A stretch of 63,941 bases of DNA, the filler included, from Aduncisulcus paluster (lineage: Eukaryota), in the NCBI GenBank assembly GCA_024181965.1. It is 14 parts of 14 records of this genome, joined end to end, with 100 filler letters (N's around TTAATTAATTAA, not from the genome) between each part and the next. Parts side by side here need not be neighbours in the genome. Positions count along the whole stretch, not along the records: positions 32,902 to 47,554 come from BQXS01011956.1; 13 more parts are not named here. One strand, 5' to 3'. The translations under genes were made by a program, and so were the position numbers. Positions 34,566-47,069 of this stretch are shown in pieces; position 1 is the stretch's first letter; the number at the start of each line of letters is the position of its first letter. The notes under the pieces were generated by a model. It saw nothing but the letters and a program-made list of their open reading frames with translations. It was not told the DNA's origin and did not search any database.

Positions 34566-37500
34566 TTACTTTTTGTTTGAATTTGCCATATATAAACCAT
34601 ATTCAACAATGAGCTGAAAAATATAATTTTTTCGTAAAAGTTGTGTAAATCGCAAAGATTCGGTTGGAGAAAGATCAAGTTCATCGATTCTACCTCGTCC
34701 ACTGGCATAGTCCTCTTTAATTATTCGGACAACAAGGGACCGGACTGGCTTTTTACATAGTTTCAAACTTGAGAGAAGTTTTGTTTCCAACAAAATTTCT
34801 CCACTTTTTTCCATTTGAGAAGCTGCTTCTTGGGATAGAAAAAGAGAGTCATAAACAGATTTCCGTGATACTGAAGCCGAAGCTGAAGAAAAAATGTCCG
34901 AAGAATTTGCTTTCTTGATGAGGTCGGATAGAACATCGACTACGGCTTTTCGCACTGATCTATTTTTAGTATGTATGAATCTATAAATAAAACACTCAAT
35001 AATACAAAGATTAATAACTATTTCAATTGTCCCGAGCAAAGATATTGTTCCCGTTGAATGAAGGGGGAAAATTTCTTTCGAAAAGCACGAATCGGCGAAG
35101 AGAATCGGCGAAATATCAATGAGGTCCCGCATCTTTGATATCTTTTTCACTAATAATGGTAATCCATCTTCTATTTGGGCTTCTTTCTCTTCATCCTTGG
35201 TATACATCTCTTTCTCCTCCTCCTTTTCTTCCTTCCTCTTTAATCTCTTTTCTTTCTCACTATTGATACGCTCATGACAAAGAACATTAGTGATATCATG
35301 ATCATGAATAAGCTTGGAAAGACACTCACTCACACTTTCAATTCCTGTCCTTCCAAATTCATCGCCATCAGAAGAAATGAGCACCAATGCAATGCAAGAA
35401 CATACGTTCTTCAAACATTTCTGCAGTAAACAGCTTTCAATGCGGGGACAGTTAAACTTAAACACAACTTGACACATAAAGCTGAACATTCCACTCACAA
35501 CGCGGAAAAAGAGCGGGAAAACCGAAGTGGACAGATTGGGTGGGGACAAAAGCATCGAAAGAGATGATAGAGTAATCATCTGACAAGCTGAGAACACTAT
35601 ACTTGTCAACTCATGTCTCTTGGGCGTCTCAAGGGGTTGCATGTGCTCAACGTGAGAGAGAATGATCTCCAGATGTGTTCGCATCCATTCAATATGCAAT
35701 CCTATGCAGTGAACGGGATCTGTAAAGGAAGAGAGAAGCGTGTAAACTGATTCGGGGCACAATGAAGATAGGGAGAGAGATGATGCTGTGCTGTGTGCAT
35801 CAAGATCAAGCATAAGAGACGGGACATCAGGTGCCTTAAGTGGAGGTGAAGAGGAAAAGGGAGTGGAAGATGCTCCTTTAATCTCTGAGGAAGGGAGGAC
35901 AACTTTGCCATTTGNNNNNNNNNNNNNNNNNNNNTATGCAGTGAACGGGATCTGTAAAGGAAGAGAGAAGCGTGTAAACTGATTCGGGGCACAATGAAGA
36001 TAGGGAGAGAGATGATGCTGTGCTGTGTGCATCAAGATCAAGCATAAGAGACGGGACATCAGGTGCCTTAAGTGGAGGTGAAGAGGAAAAGGGAGTGGAA
36101 GATGCTCCTTTAATCTCTGAGGAAGGGAGGACAACTTTGCCATTTGATGAGGATATAAATGATGCCAATAAAGAAGTGGAGCGAGGGGAAGGGCATGTAG
36201 ATGGGGCGTCAGTTCGCAATAATAACTTGAGAACACAGACAACATTCTTAATGGAACAGTCAAGGAAGAGACGAATGCGTTCACATGAAGAAAACGCTGA
36301 CTTAACTTTATAAGTTGAGCCGATATGCACATGCGTGTGCAAAGTTGGGACATAAGCCGACACGGCCGAAATGATAGAATATGTATAACTTTGGAGGATG
36401 ATTGGATTAAGAACATGAGGGGCAGACATTGAAGAGTTGGTAAGATCATCTTCTTCTTCTTTCTCAGATGTTCCAATAATAGAAATATCAGGGAACTGTG
36501 GATTAACCCGCGTCCTTCTCTTTCCTTGAGCTCGTTGAACATCTTGAGCCTTTTTTTGGGCAGCTACACAGCTCATCTCCCCCCATTCCTTTCCGACTGC
36601 AACAATGAACATGTCTTTTAGAGATAAATGAGTCCCGTTATACTTAATTTCATGTCCATCCCCACAGATGGCAGCATCCCANNNNNNNNNNNNNNNNNNN
36701 NATGTTCCAATAATAGAAATATCAGGGAACTGTGGATTAACCCGCGTCCTTCTCTTTCCTTGAGCTCGTTGAACATCTTGAGCCTTTTTTTTGGGCAGCT
36801 ACACAGCTCATCTCCCCCCATTCCTTTCCGACTGCAACAATGAACATGTCTTTTAGAGATAAATGAGTCCCGTTATACTTAATTTCATGTCCATCCCCAC
36901 AGATGGCAGCATCCCAAGTGAGCAAACAGCACATGGCGGCTCCACAAAGTTTGTACACTTGAGTTGCATTTAGTTTGGGCAATATTGACCCAGGGGAAGA
37001 AGAGGATGGAGAGGAAGAAAACGATGGAGATATCGGAGAAGAAGATGAGGAAATGCGCCGATGACCAATAGCAGACTTGGTACGTCTCGTTTGAGGCAAT
37101 GCTGATTTATGTTTCAGAGAACTATTTTGTTGAGACCTCTCTAAGGCCTGGTTGAGCCGTTTTTCAAACCTTTTCTGATCATCTTGGCCCGTTACATAGT
37201 CACACGAAGAGAATATCTTCCCATTCTCTTTTCTAAGTGCTCTGTACATGAGCATAAGCATGCAAGCAACAAATTGGTCTCTGGCTTGGTGTCTGGCAGC
37301 GTCATGTTCAGCATTGCCCGTGTCATCCCTCCTGAACACAAGTTCCATTGATATCCGAGTAGCCAGAAACTGAGTGAATCTTTTAGCGTGAAGTATCAAC
37401 CATGGAAGGTGATCTTTTTGCCATTGATCTTGAACGTAATCCAACTTAGTGGCAGTAAACACATCAAAGGCATGCATGAAATGCTCAAGGCAATGGTCAG

Positions 37501-39001
37501 GTGATGCTGCATTGAATGATCGGGGTAGGTGAATGTGGCATATGATCTTCAGTTCCATTGCATGTTTGATCGATTGCTCAAAACCTGATCTCTCCTCAAT
37601 GGAACAGAAGGCATCGGATGGCATCACTGAGTGAGAAAAGGGGATAGATGGAGAATGTCCAAAGCCAATCGGAGGTGTAGATGGTGCAAAGAAGTCGTCA
37701 TGGCTGATTCGAAGACCATGCATACATTCCTCGTCTTCATCCTCATCCTTGGCAACCATAATTCCCCCATCTTCACCAATGGAGAAATCATCATTAGCAT
37801 GACCATCAGCACATTTCTTTCCTCTTCTTCCTCCACCTCCTTCAACGCCTCCTCCTTGTTCATCGTCTTCGTCTTCTTCGTCTTTGTTAGATCTCTTGAA
37901 GCTTCCATAATGTTGATTATGAAGCTTGGGAATAATTCCACAATGGCTTCCCATGTGTTTCTTTGGAGATTCGGCTTCAACAGAACTTGATTCGGAATCA
38001 TCAAAGTCACACCGATCTGATGTGGATGGAGAAGATGTCTGCTCACCAGAATTGTTAAAGTATGAATCAACATTGAAATTTGGGTTTGATCTAAGTGGTT
38101 CTGGAACGCGTGATTGGTGTTGTCTTGCTGAGGATAATGGCAAAATTCCATCGCTTCTCAAAATGTCACGAGTGTGATCCTCGAAACAGTGAGACGCTAT
38201 CGTTGGAGAAATTAACTTCGGGAGAGATGAGCCAGGGAGTAAAAGAGATGACGAGGGCATAGTATCATGAGGATCATCGGAGATTTTGGATGAGGCTGGA
38301 ATGCTTTCAGATGAGGAAAATTCGGAATGCTCATAACCCATCAGTTTTTGAATTGAATCGTCTTCTTCTAATCTTCTTTGCTTCTCTTCATCCTCAACTG
38401 AAAGTCCTAGATTGAGATACACCGTTTTTTCTTCTTCCCTTTCTTCCTTATGTTTCCTCTCGAATTTTGAGACATCAAAATATGGTCCTCCAGAGCCTTG
38501 ATATTTGCTAACTTCAAATTTCCTCTTTTTGATGCGGCTTTGAAAAGAATGTGGGAGAATAACATGTTGGGAACCTGGTCTAGAGGAAACAGACTGACAT
38601 TTTCGTGCTGAATGATGCTGTTTCTGGACATCAGAACGATATTTGGATTTAAATAGTGGGCTTGACGACAATGGGATTCGTTTTTGAGAATTGCACATGC
38701 TAACAATCTCTGAATCTGAAGGTAATCGCGATGAAATGTGTGTTTGGGTTGGGGTATGGCTAAAAAGTAAGGAAAGTGGCGATGTTTTAGTGGATGAATG
38801 GATAAAATGTTGGTGAGGATATTCGGGAGAGTAACTTTCAAAATCCGGAACCATTAGAGGGGACGATTGAGAAGGGCTGAGCCTTGGGATAGGAATAATG
38901 TTTTCTAATGGAAGTGGAGCAATATGAGATCGTCTTGAAGTAGGCCTAGAACGTTTTTCTTTCGAAGGATAATGATGAAGAGACATTATTTCGGTTTGCA
39001 A
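34566..39001 (-). CDS. Large hypothetical protein, fragmented by gap-flanking duplications
   Basis: ORFs 36737-39001, 35878-36612 and the 3' part of 34566-36542 chain together through sequence duplicated around the gaps at ~35915 and ~36682. The start codon is uncertain. Confidence 0.6.
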
Positions 39002-39229
39002 GATGATAATTAAACTATTGTTCTTTGATTTTGTGTCAACAACATGAAAAGTTGAGCTTTGAGTTATTTTCCTCTTTCATTATTTTTTGTATTTCGAAAA
39101 GTGAAAATTTGGATTTTGCCAAATCCTTAATCTATGACTATGCCAAAAATAACAAGAATAAAATATTAATAATTGAAAATCATCGTCAAAAATTAAACCA
39201 AATAATATAAAAACATTTTATTAATCTTT

Positions 39230-39889
39230 CTAACAGACCAAATCCATCATATCAATCGAATCAGGCTCAGAAGAAACGTGACTGGTAGGGGGGGCTTTTT
39301 CTTCAGCTGCTGGCAGTGATGAACCCATAGCAGCACCCGTAGGAACGGCTCCAAATTCGTCAAGCTTCTCAGCATCCATTTCTGCTTCCAATTCAGCCAA
39401 TTCATCAGCAATTTCATCATCCATTTCACCACCAATAGAAGTGAGTAAAAATTCATCAGTTACTCCAGTGATCTCATCCATGGCATCAGCAGCTCTGTCT
39501 AGAAGATCTGGGATCTGATCAATTTCTTTTGATTTTTGCTCAAGTAATTTAGCGGCCATTTCATATGTTTTGGCAGTTTCTCCAAGCATGGTGGCTTCAC
39601 GGGCCTTGGATAACATGGCATCAATTTGATCATAGGCTTTTAACTGAAGTTGTTGTTGTCTTTCAAGGTGTTTGCAACGTTTGAGGTGGGAAGCTGCTTT
39701 TGCCTTATTTCCGGCCCTCATTGCAGTTTGGGCGTTTTTCCTTTCATTATCAATCCTTGTTTGGGTTTGCTGGGATCCACTCATGAATTGATTCATACTT
39801 GTTGTAATCTGGTCCATTAAATTATCAGATTGATCAGGTTGGCCAGGAGCTGGCTTAGAGGGTGTTTTTTTCTTTCTAAAAAGTGGCAT
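39230..39889 (-). CDS. Snf7-family ESCRT-III subunit (Vps32/Vps20/Vps60-like)
   Basis: Basic N-terminus MPLFRKKK, core AMRAGNKAKAASHLKRCKHLERQ, and acidic DEIADELAELEAE tail; ~219 aa. Confidence 0.85.
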   Translation of the reverse strand: MPLFRKKKTPSKPAPGQPDQSDNLMDQITTSMNQFMSGSQQTQTRIDNERKNAQTAMRAGNKAKAASHLKRCKHLERQQQLQLKAYDQIDAMLSKAREATMLGETAKTYEMAAKLLEQKSKEIDQIPDLLDRAADAMDEITGVTDEFLLTSIGGEMDDEIADELAELEAEMDAEKLDEFGAVPTGAAMGSSLPAAEEKAPPTSHVSSEPDSIDMMDLVC

Positions 39890-40245
39890 ATTGGATTTGT
39901 TTGATGAGTTCGTGATCAAAAAGAAAAAAATAAAATCTGTTTCTAATTGGATCCGTAAAAACTATTTTAATAGGCATAAATAAGATTCAAATATTATCGG
40001 TATTATGATTATTCCTTTCGATTATTATTATACTTTACTGCAGTACCGCTGAGCATTGTTTTTTTATTTTGCCTGAGGTGCCAGATTCAAAAATAGAAGC
40101 TAATAAATGGTAATCCTTTAGAATTTCAATAACAATTCTATCAATTGATGATTCAAAGAATAAAAATCTATTTTTTATTAATCAGACTCCGAAATGGTCA
40201 CCACTACGCGATATGAATCATTTTTAATTATTCATATTTCATATT

Positions 40246-42394
40246 TTAATGAGCCGAAGAGGATTCCTCCTTGGATGATTCTTCTTCATCATCTTCTCCA
40301 ATGATTTCTTGTTCTTCGGGATGTTCCTCTTCAGACTCCATTTTCTCACTCGGGCTTCGACTTTGATGCTGAGACCCACTAGGGGCGTCTAATGGGTTCT
40401 TCCTTCTCCTTTCCATACTCAGTTCGTGGCCAAGAGTTGGGGAATGATTGCCGGAAGTTGAGGACCGATGAGAAACAGCACGTGGAACAGCAGAAAAGGG
40501 CTCAGTTGAATCAAAGGCCTGGCCAATCAAGGTAGAGGTGCTCACTCCTTGGACAGATTGTATTGGAGAGCCATGGCCAGGGCTGCTGACGATTGATGGC
40601 ATGCGAATATCATAACTAGAGTCAATTTCAACAGTGTGTGATTTCTCTTCGAAAGCTTGGAGTTCGACAAGAATATTTGATGTCAAATCCTCATAGACTC
40701 CTTTATACTCGTCCTCTTTGCTCTCAGGGAGGACATTCTTGACATGTTTGCGTGAAAAGGTAACGTAAATGGAGAAGAAAACAATGAATGAGATGAGGAA
40801 AACAATAGTGCCTTCAATACCATAAGTAATCATAGGAGACATTGTTAAATATTTGGTTATTTCTTTGAGTTGAGGATAAGATTTCACTAAATCCTTCAGA
40901 GGGTTATCGAGAGAACTTGTAACGAGACCAGTGAAAAGGCCTCCTTTACCGATGAGTAAAACACAGGCAAAGAGGATAGAAAGGAGGACAAAGGCGAATA
41001 AAACAAACATTCTAAAGTGTTTAAGGGTTCTGTAACGCTGCATGGTGGCATCTGAACTCCGATCAAGCATTTCCTTGAGAATCGCTTTCACTTTTTGAGT
41101 AATTAATGTAATTCTAGCCACATCAAGTCTGAAATCGTTAGCCCGTTTTTCCAAGAGGGCGTGTCTCAGACGTTTAAAACCTTCAATGCCGGCAAGTGAA
41201 TTTGTGGGGAAATCTCTATCCCAACCACAAGGAGTGACACAAGGGAAGAAGGTAAGAGATTGGAGCGGTGATACAGAACTTTTTCCTTTTCCTTCGGACT
41301 TTTTTTCCTTTAAATAGCGAGTTTTAAAGGCTTGGCTTACCCCTGAAGTTACCGTTTGGATAACATTGGCAAAAGCATTCAATCTATCAAATTCATTCTT
41401 GAACATATCAAGGGCAGTCACTGTGTATATCATACGCTTCTCAAGAGANNNNNNNNNNNNNNNNNNNNATCGCTTTCACTTTTTGAGTAATTAATGTAAT
41501 TCTAGCCACATCAAGTCTGAAATCGTTAGCCCGTTTTTCCAAGAGGGCGTGTCTCAGACGTTTAAAACCTTCAATGCCGGCAAGTGAATTTGTGGGGAAA
41601 TCTCTATCCCAACCACAAGGAGTGACACAAGGGAAGAAGGTAAGAGATTGGAGCGGTGATACAGAACTTTTTCCTTTTCCTTCGGACTTTTTTTCCTTTA
41701 AATAGCGAGTTTTAAAGGCTTGGCTTACCCCTGAAGTGACCGTTTGGATAACATTGGCAAAAGCATTCAATCTATCAAATTCATTCTTGAACATATCAAG
41801 GGCAGTCACTGTGTATATCATACGCTTCTCAAGAGACACTGATAACGATGAAATGGTCTGAAGGGCGGCTGTGGATAATACTTCATTGGCTCTAAGGACA
41901 GTCAAGGAAATATTACATACCTGTTTGGCCACTTTCTTCACAAGTTCATTCATTTTCTCATCGTGAGAAAGTGCTGGGGTCTCCAAGAAACAAACATTAT
42001 GGAATTGAGGAGATACTTGATCTTCTGGAACGACAATAACTCTAATTAGTTCATTAGGCTGTTCATATTCTTCTCCAAAATCAATGTTCTTTATAATGGG
42101 AGCGATAGTGATATTCTGAGAGGCAGTGTCAAAGGGAAGATCCATGAAAGACTTTCCACACAATATCAAAGAAAATGGAGCAGAATGACGCCTTTGAGCA
42201 ACGGCAAGCTGATCAAACTTCAATAAACTTTCAATAATTGATGTTTTTCCAACTTTTGAACCACCAATAACAGCAATAGTAAAGTATGTACTGTTGGGAG
42301 GTGGAGGAGGTTTAAAATCAAGCTGATCAAATTTTGGACATAATTTAGCCTTGAAAAATTCTTCAAAGCGACGATATTCTTCAACAATATCCAT
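40246..42394 (-). CDS. EHD/dynamin-like P-loop protein with two predicted TM helices (one gene; duplication around gap 41449-41468)
   Basis: IAVIGGSKVGKTS (G1), CFLETPA (G3 position) and YTVTALD (G4 position); hydrophobic segments FVLFAFVLLSILFACVLLI and IVFLISFIVFFSIYVTF. The two ORFs overlap by ~380 duplicated bp. Confidence 0.7.
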
Positions 42395-42709
42395 CTGAAT
42401 GTATTCAAACTTTCGTCATTACAACCACTGATTTCGCAAATCGGATATTCGGGGTGTTACACATTTTACCCAATGATCTTGTATTAATCATGAGTTGATT
42501 TGTTTAATTTATAACTGAAAAGGTTATCAACTATATTTACTTGCGCTTTGCATTTGATTTTTCATTCCTGGGGAATTTAGAAACTCAAAAAAAATAAGGT
42601 GGATTATTTTATTGTTTATTATCTATTTGATGCTCATTTTATCCCTTCTAACTGCACTATGTTGTTTGTTCGGAGTTTTTCAAAACAAATCCCGTTTTGA
42701 TGCTTTGTA

Positions 42710-44590
42710 ATGAGTTTAGAGACTGAAAATAAGACCAAAAAAAGGAAATCTCGCCATAAATCCCGTAAATCCAAGTCTAGACGGTTCCCCCGAAAGGAGG
42801 TTCTCCCTCATGAACTTGAAGAGTGCTATATGCGAAGACGTGAAGAGGTGCAAAAATTCTCTCCAAAAAAATTGATGGCTTTATTATGTTGGAGCACAAT
42901 TATATATACGTTTGATCTTATGATGCAACCATTTGCTCTGGCTGGAATTGCTGATCATTTTGGAATGTCAAAAGAAATCTCTAATTGGGTATCCATGGCT
43001 TATCAAATACCATTGGCTGCCTTTTCTACGATATCGGGAAAGATATGCGACCGATACAATACTACAATGGTTCACAGAATTTCCATGATTGTTTATGTAT
43101 TCTTTACAGCAGCTTGTGGTCTCGATCACTTCTCTTTCGTTGTGTTGGTGGCTCTTAGAGCTTTTCAAGGCGCAGCAGGAGCCTTTATGATCAGTTCAAG
43201 CATTGCTCTAATCCCTTTGTTAACCGAAGATGGCAAGATCAAAGGATCCATGTCTAGAAATACTTATATTCTCATCATATCATCCGTATGTGGTCCTATA
43301 TTGGGCGGAATTATTATGCAATGGCTTAGTTGGTCGTGGATATATTATATTAATGTAATTCCAGGACTTATTGGTATTATATTGTGTTGGATATACTTAC
43401 CAAAGGTTTCGCCAATTAAAATAATTAAATTTGACACCCTGGGCGCATGTTTCCTTTTCGTTTCCCTCGCGGTTATCACGTATGGACTCACTGTTATGGA
43501 TTCCCATTACTGGGTGGCTACTTTCTGTATTGGACTAGGATTACTCGCTCTTTTCCTCACAGTGCTGTTTGAATGGCACATCCCTAAGAATCCTATTCTA
43601 CCTAGAAAACTTTTGCGCAATAAGAACCTTATGTTATCTATATTTAGCGCTTTCTTCACATTTGCCGCGCAATCCAGTGTTATGTATTGCATTCCCTATG
43701 TATTTGAGTCATGTTGGCAGTTTTCCCCCCTAATATCGGGTCTTTTGATGGTGATTGGCCCAGTATTCTCCACTCTTGCCGCGTTTATGTCCAGAGCTTT
43801 GATGCGCCATCTTCAGAGTCGAGTAATAAGAGTTTTGGGACAGTGGATTCAGGTTATTGGGTATCTTTTGCTTGGTTTCTTCATAAAACCTCTCTCTTAT
43901 GAAGCTCCTTGGACAAATTCTGTTTTGCTTGAGCAGCTTGGTCTGGCCATCAGAGCTTTTGGACAGGGTCTATTTACATCGACAAACACGGCATTTGCAC
44001 TGAGATCCACTCCGTTGCACCTCAGATCAATGGCCAGTGGACTCATACAAGTTGGAAGAGAGGCCGGGTATGCCTTTGGTGCTGGATTGAGTAATGCCAT
44101 TGTATGTATATATGTCAACCGTCGAGAACCTGAATCATGGCCTGTTCCACCATTCCCTTCGCCTTTCCGAAATGAGTACATTGCCGGAACTCAGGTTTCC
44201 TTCTGGTTCTTCTCAGGATTCGTTCTTCTGATTTCTGGTGTCACCTGGCTCAGTGGCGTCCTTAAAAGCGAAGTCAACAGTGGTCTTTTGGGCCTCAAAG
44301 AGACGATGAGTTGCCAAGATTGTGCTTCTCTGGTGCAGAAACGGAGAGAAGAGAGGAAACGTAGACGCGAAGAAGAGAAGAAGCAGAAAGAAGAAGAAAG
44401 GAAGAAGATCTTGGATGAAGAAGGTGAGAAATTGAAGTTAATCAGTGAAGATGAAGAGGATGAGAAGATGGCTTCACACGGGACGACACCTAGGAGTTCT
44501 GTTACTCCTCATGTCGACTGTACTCCTCCTGTGGTCTTGGAGGAAGAGGAAGAGGAAGAGGGAGAGGGAGAGGGAGAAGAGATGGTCTGA
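42710..44590 (+). CDS. MFS transporter, DHA2/EmrB-QacA-like (about 14 TMS)
   Basis: WVSMAY, GKICDRY (motif A), LRAFQGAAGA (motifs B/C), GPILGG, WSWIYYINV and FDTLGA, with many hydrophobic helices. Confidence 0.9.
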   Translation: MSLETENKTKKRKSRHKSRKSKSRRFPRKEVLPHELEECYMRRREEVQKFSPKKLMALLCWSTIIYTFDLMMQPFALAGIADHFGMSKEISNWVSMAYQIPLAAFSTISGKICDRYNTTMVHRISMIVYVFFTAACGLDHFSFVVLVALRAFQGAAGAFMISSSIALIPLLTEDGKIKGSMSRNTYILIISSVCGPILGGIIMQWLSWSWIYYINVIPGLIGIILCWIYLPKVSPIKIIKFDTLGACFLFVSLAVITYGLTVMDSHYWVATFCIGLGLLALFLTVLFEWHIPKNPILPRKLLRNKNLMLSIFSAFFTFAAQSSVMYCIPYVFESCWQFSPLISGLLMVIGPVFSTLAAFMSRALMRHLQSRVIRVLGQWIQVIGYLLLGFFIKPLSYEAPWTNSVLLEQLGLAIRAFGQGLFTSTNTAFALRSTPLHLRSMASGLIQVGREAGYAFGAGLSNAIVCIYVNRREPESWPVPPFPSPFRNEYIAGTQVSFWFFSGFVLLISGVTWLSGVLKSEVNSGLLGLKETMSCQDCASLVQKRREERKRRREEEKKQKEEERKKILDEEGEKLKLISEDEEDEKMASHGTTPRSSVTPHVDCTPPVVLEEEEEEEGEGEGEEMV

Positions 44591-44762
44591 TAAGAAATTC
44601 ATTATATATCCCCATTTATCGTTGATGTATATCTTATGCTAAATATCTTGTATAGTCAAGTATAGTCACTGGGGAAAACTGTTGTATTACTCATTGTACT
44701 ATAAGTAATGTTATTCTTATTAATTAGCTATTATACATATTTTATTCATTCTCGCCATCCTT

Positions 44763-44766
<4 letters not shown>

Positions 44767-44826
<60 letters not shown>
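44767..44826. repeat. (TC)n microsatellite
   Basis: Continuous TC dinucleotide run of about 60 bp. Confidence 0.95.
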
Positions 44827-44830
<4 letters not shown>

Positions 44831-44992
44831 CTAAAAAAGATAACTTGTGGTCTAACCTTGTAGAATATTGTTACGGATTTGAAGATATTGGATTGGTATC
44901 ACAAAGAGTTTCTCCAATTGTTAAAGATTACATTTCTTTAAATTATTTTTATTTTTATTATGAGATAACATTAATATCTTATATTACCAGGG

Positions 44993-44994
44993 TT

Positions 44995-45059
<65 letters not shown>

Positions 45060-45156
45060 TCTCAAAAAAATAATTTTATAATAAAAAAAAGAAATAATNN
45101 NNNNNNNNNNNNNNNNNNTTTTATTATGAGATAACATTAATATTTTATATTACCAG

Positions 45157-45195
<39 letters not shown>
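44993..45195 (+). repeat. Poly-T tracts duplicated across a scaffold gap
   Basis: Two T runs, each preceded by TTATGAGATAACATTAATAT.TTATATTACCAGGG, lie either side of the gap at 45099-45118. Confidence 0.85.
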
Positions 45196-45198
<3 letters not shown>

Positions 45199-45531
45199 AT
45201 TTTTAGTATTTTATTGTTTATAACCTCACCAAAAAGATAATTCGATAATACAAAAAGGAAATCATGTGATGATGTCAAATTTTGACAGATGCATCCAGGA
45301 TCCTGGATTCAGGATGATGATTATTTGTATTCCAAATGTGCACCTATTGAGTTAGTTTATCCTTTTGTTAGATGATAGCGTCAATAAAGGATTATTGTTA
45401 TTGTTTTAACTCAAGAAAAGAAATTATGATGTCATAATTTATGACCCCTTTGTTTAGTAGACTCTACAAAGAAGAGTAACAAAATTTGGGTGGCCATATC
45501 ATCGCTACGATCAACTCTCTCTAGTGCTTCC

Positions 45532-46482
45532 ATGCCTAATACTGTGGAACTAAGCGAAGACAAATGGGTAATGGGAAGTTCTGGTGAAAAACACGGGGAT
45601 CTTCCATCTTCCGAGGAGTTTAAATCAACACATCATAAAGTATCTCCACGACAAAAGACAGTTCCATTCACCATTGAAGAAGATCTCTCAGTTGAAACCA
45701 ATGAAAAGTCTCTAAAGGGTGAAAAACAAGAAGAATGTGAATCTGATGAAAGTGAGGAATCGTCATCCTCTTCCTCTGATACTTGTCAGGATAATTCGAT
45801 TATAATTGAAGAACCCCATATCACTCTTCCTTCTCTTCCGACGCTTTCCGAAGGTGCTGCTCTGCCACAAGCAAGTCAGAGTAATCCGCATCCAAAACAA
45901 GGCGGTAAGAAATGGTCTGAATGCTGTCCATATGTCGAGGGTCTTGTGTCGACTCTCTCGATTGAAGGCTTTGCAGAGTATATTGCTTCGATCATTCGTG
46001 TGATATTGACACCCTGTAAGAAGATTGTTAAATTCACTGGGAAACGACTCCCCGAACCTCCGATGTACTTGAGGGATTGGATTCTGAGATTGCTTGAAAA
46101 GAGTCAAATACCTCGACCCGTTGCTATTTTTGGAACCATTCTGATTCTTCGGATTCATCGGAGAGGTTTTGATATCACTCGAAACAATGCGTATCGGATG
46201 ATTCTGACCGCTTTCGATGTGGCATCTAAACAGTGCAGCGATCAACCCCCATCGCTAGCCATGTGGAGTAATGCTTCGTCTTACTTTGGGAAAGCCACGA
46301 TATCGATGTTTGAGACGGAGTTCTTGTGTATCATTCAGTGGGAGACTTTCATCAAGGAAGACGAGTGGTACAACTTTGTGTATGATACTTTGTCTCTTCA
46401 TCCAAAGGCAAAGAATATCCCCGACTCGATTCCAAAGGCATGGGCAGATAAGATATGGAAGGAGCGGGACAAAAAGAAGTAG
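45532..46482 (+). CDS. Cyclin, Pho80/Pcl (P/U-type)-like
   Basis: LRDWILRLLEKSQI...ILILRI...ITRNNAYRMILTAFDVASKQCSD...WS...ISMFETEFLCIIQW fits the cyclin box of this subfamily. The first ATG is at 45532. Confidence 0.8.
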   Translation: MPNTVELSEDKWVMGSSGEKHGDLPSSEEFKSTHHKVSPRQKTVPFTIEEDLSVETNEKSLKGEKQEECESDESEESSSSSSDTCQDNSIIIEEPHITLPSLPTLSEGAALPQASQSNPHPKQGGKKWSECCPYVEGLVSTLSIEGFAEYIASIIRVILTPCKKIVKFTGKRLPEPPMYLRDWILRLLEKSQIPRPVAIFGTILILRIHRRGFDITRNNAYRMILTAFDVASKQCSDQPPSLAMWSNASSYFGKATISMFETEFLCIIQWETFIKEDEWYNFVYDTLSLHPKAKNIPDSIPKAWADKIWKERDKKK

Positions 46483-47069
46483 TCTCAGATCATTTAAAGA
46501 GGAGTTGCAATGAGTGATGAGTTGCTATAACTCTAATGATTACTCAAGCTCAGCAAGACCATTCGAGGTGTGTTCTAATCTTTGGACTTCTAGCTGAAAC
46601 ATCAATGAACGTGGTGATGGTGGTTGCCTTGAATCTCTTGTTTGTATCTATCCAATCTATATGCCTCATATCTTCAGTATGAGTTCATTTATTCATGATA
46701 CTGTGAATTTCACAGACTGGACAAGGGATCTAGTGGTTGATGGAGTTTAAAAGGTTATGCGATAGAGTTACACGTCAAGCTGTAGATGATCAAGTTACAG
46801 AAGTTGGATCTTTCAAAACATCAATTCCTCTTCCTGTTTTCCTCCTGCTTGACACACTTTCCCACCCCACTTCTCTTTGGGTATTACTCTTTCTTTTGCT
46901 TTCTTTCTTTTTCTTTAGCATTATTAATCATCTTATCATGCGATTATCAATGATAAATTAATCTGAATCAGATCTGATAAATTCTATCATCAAATAAAAG
47001 CCATTGTCAAGTGTCTCTGTTGCGAGATTCATGAGTTTGAAGAGGGGAATAATCAGACATGCATTCACA

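Noticed and set aside
34543..34569. Possible 27-nt minus-strand intron GTAATT...TTTAG at the end of the large hypothetical gene
   Set aside because: Splicing leads to a stop within five codons and does not join the downstream ORF; unsupported without transcripts.
44845..45081. Poly-Phe ORF and similar hydrophobic ORFs at 61140-61683
   Set aside because: Translations of poly-T or T-rich low-complexity DNA.
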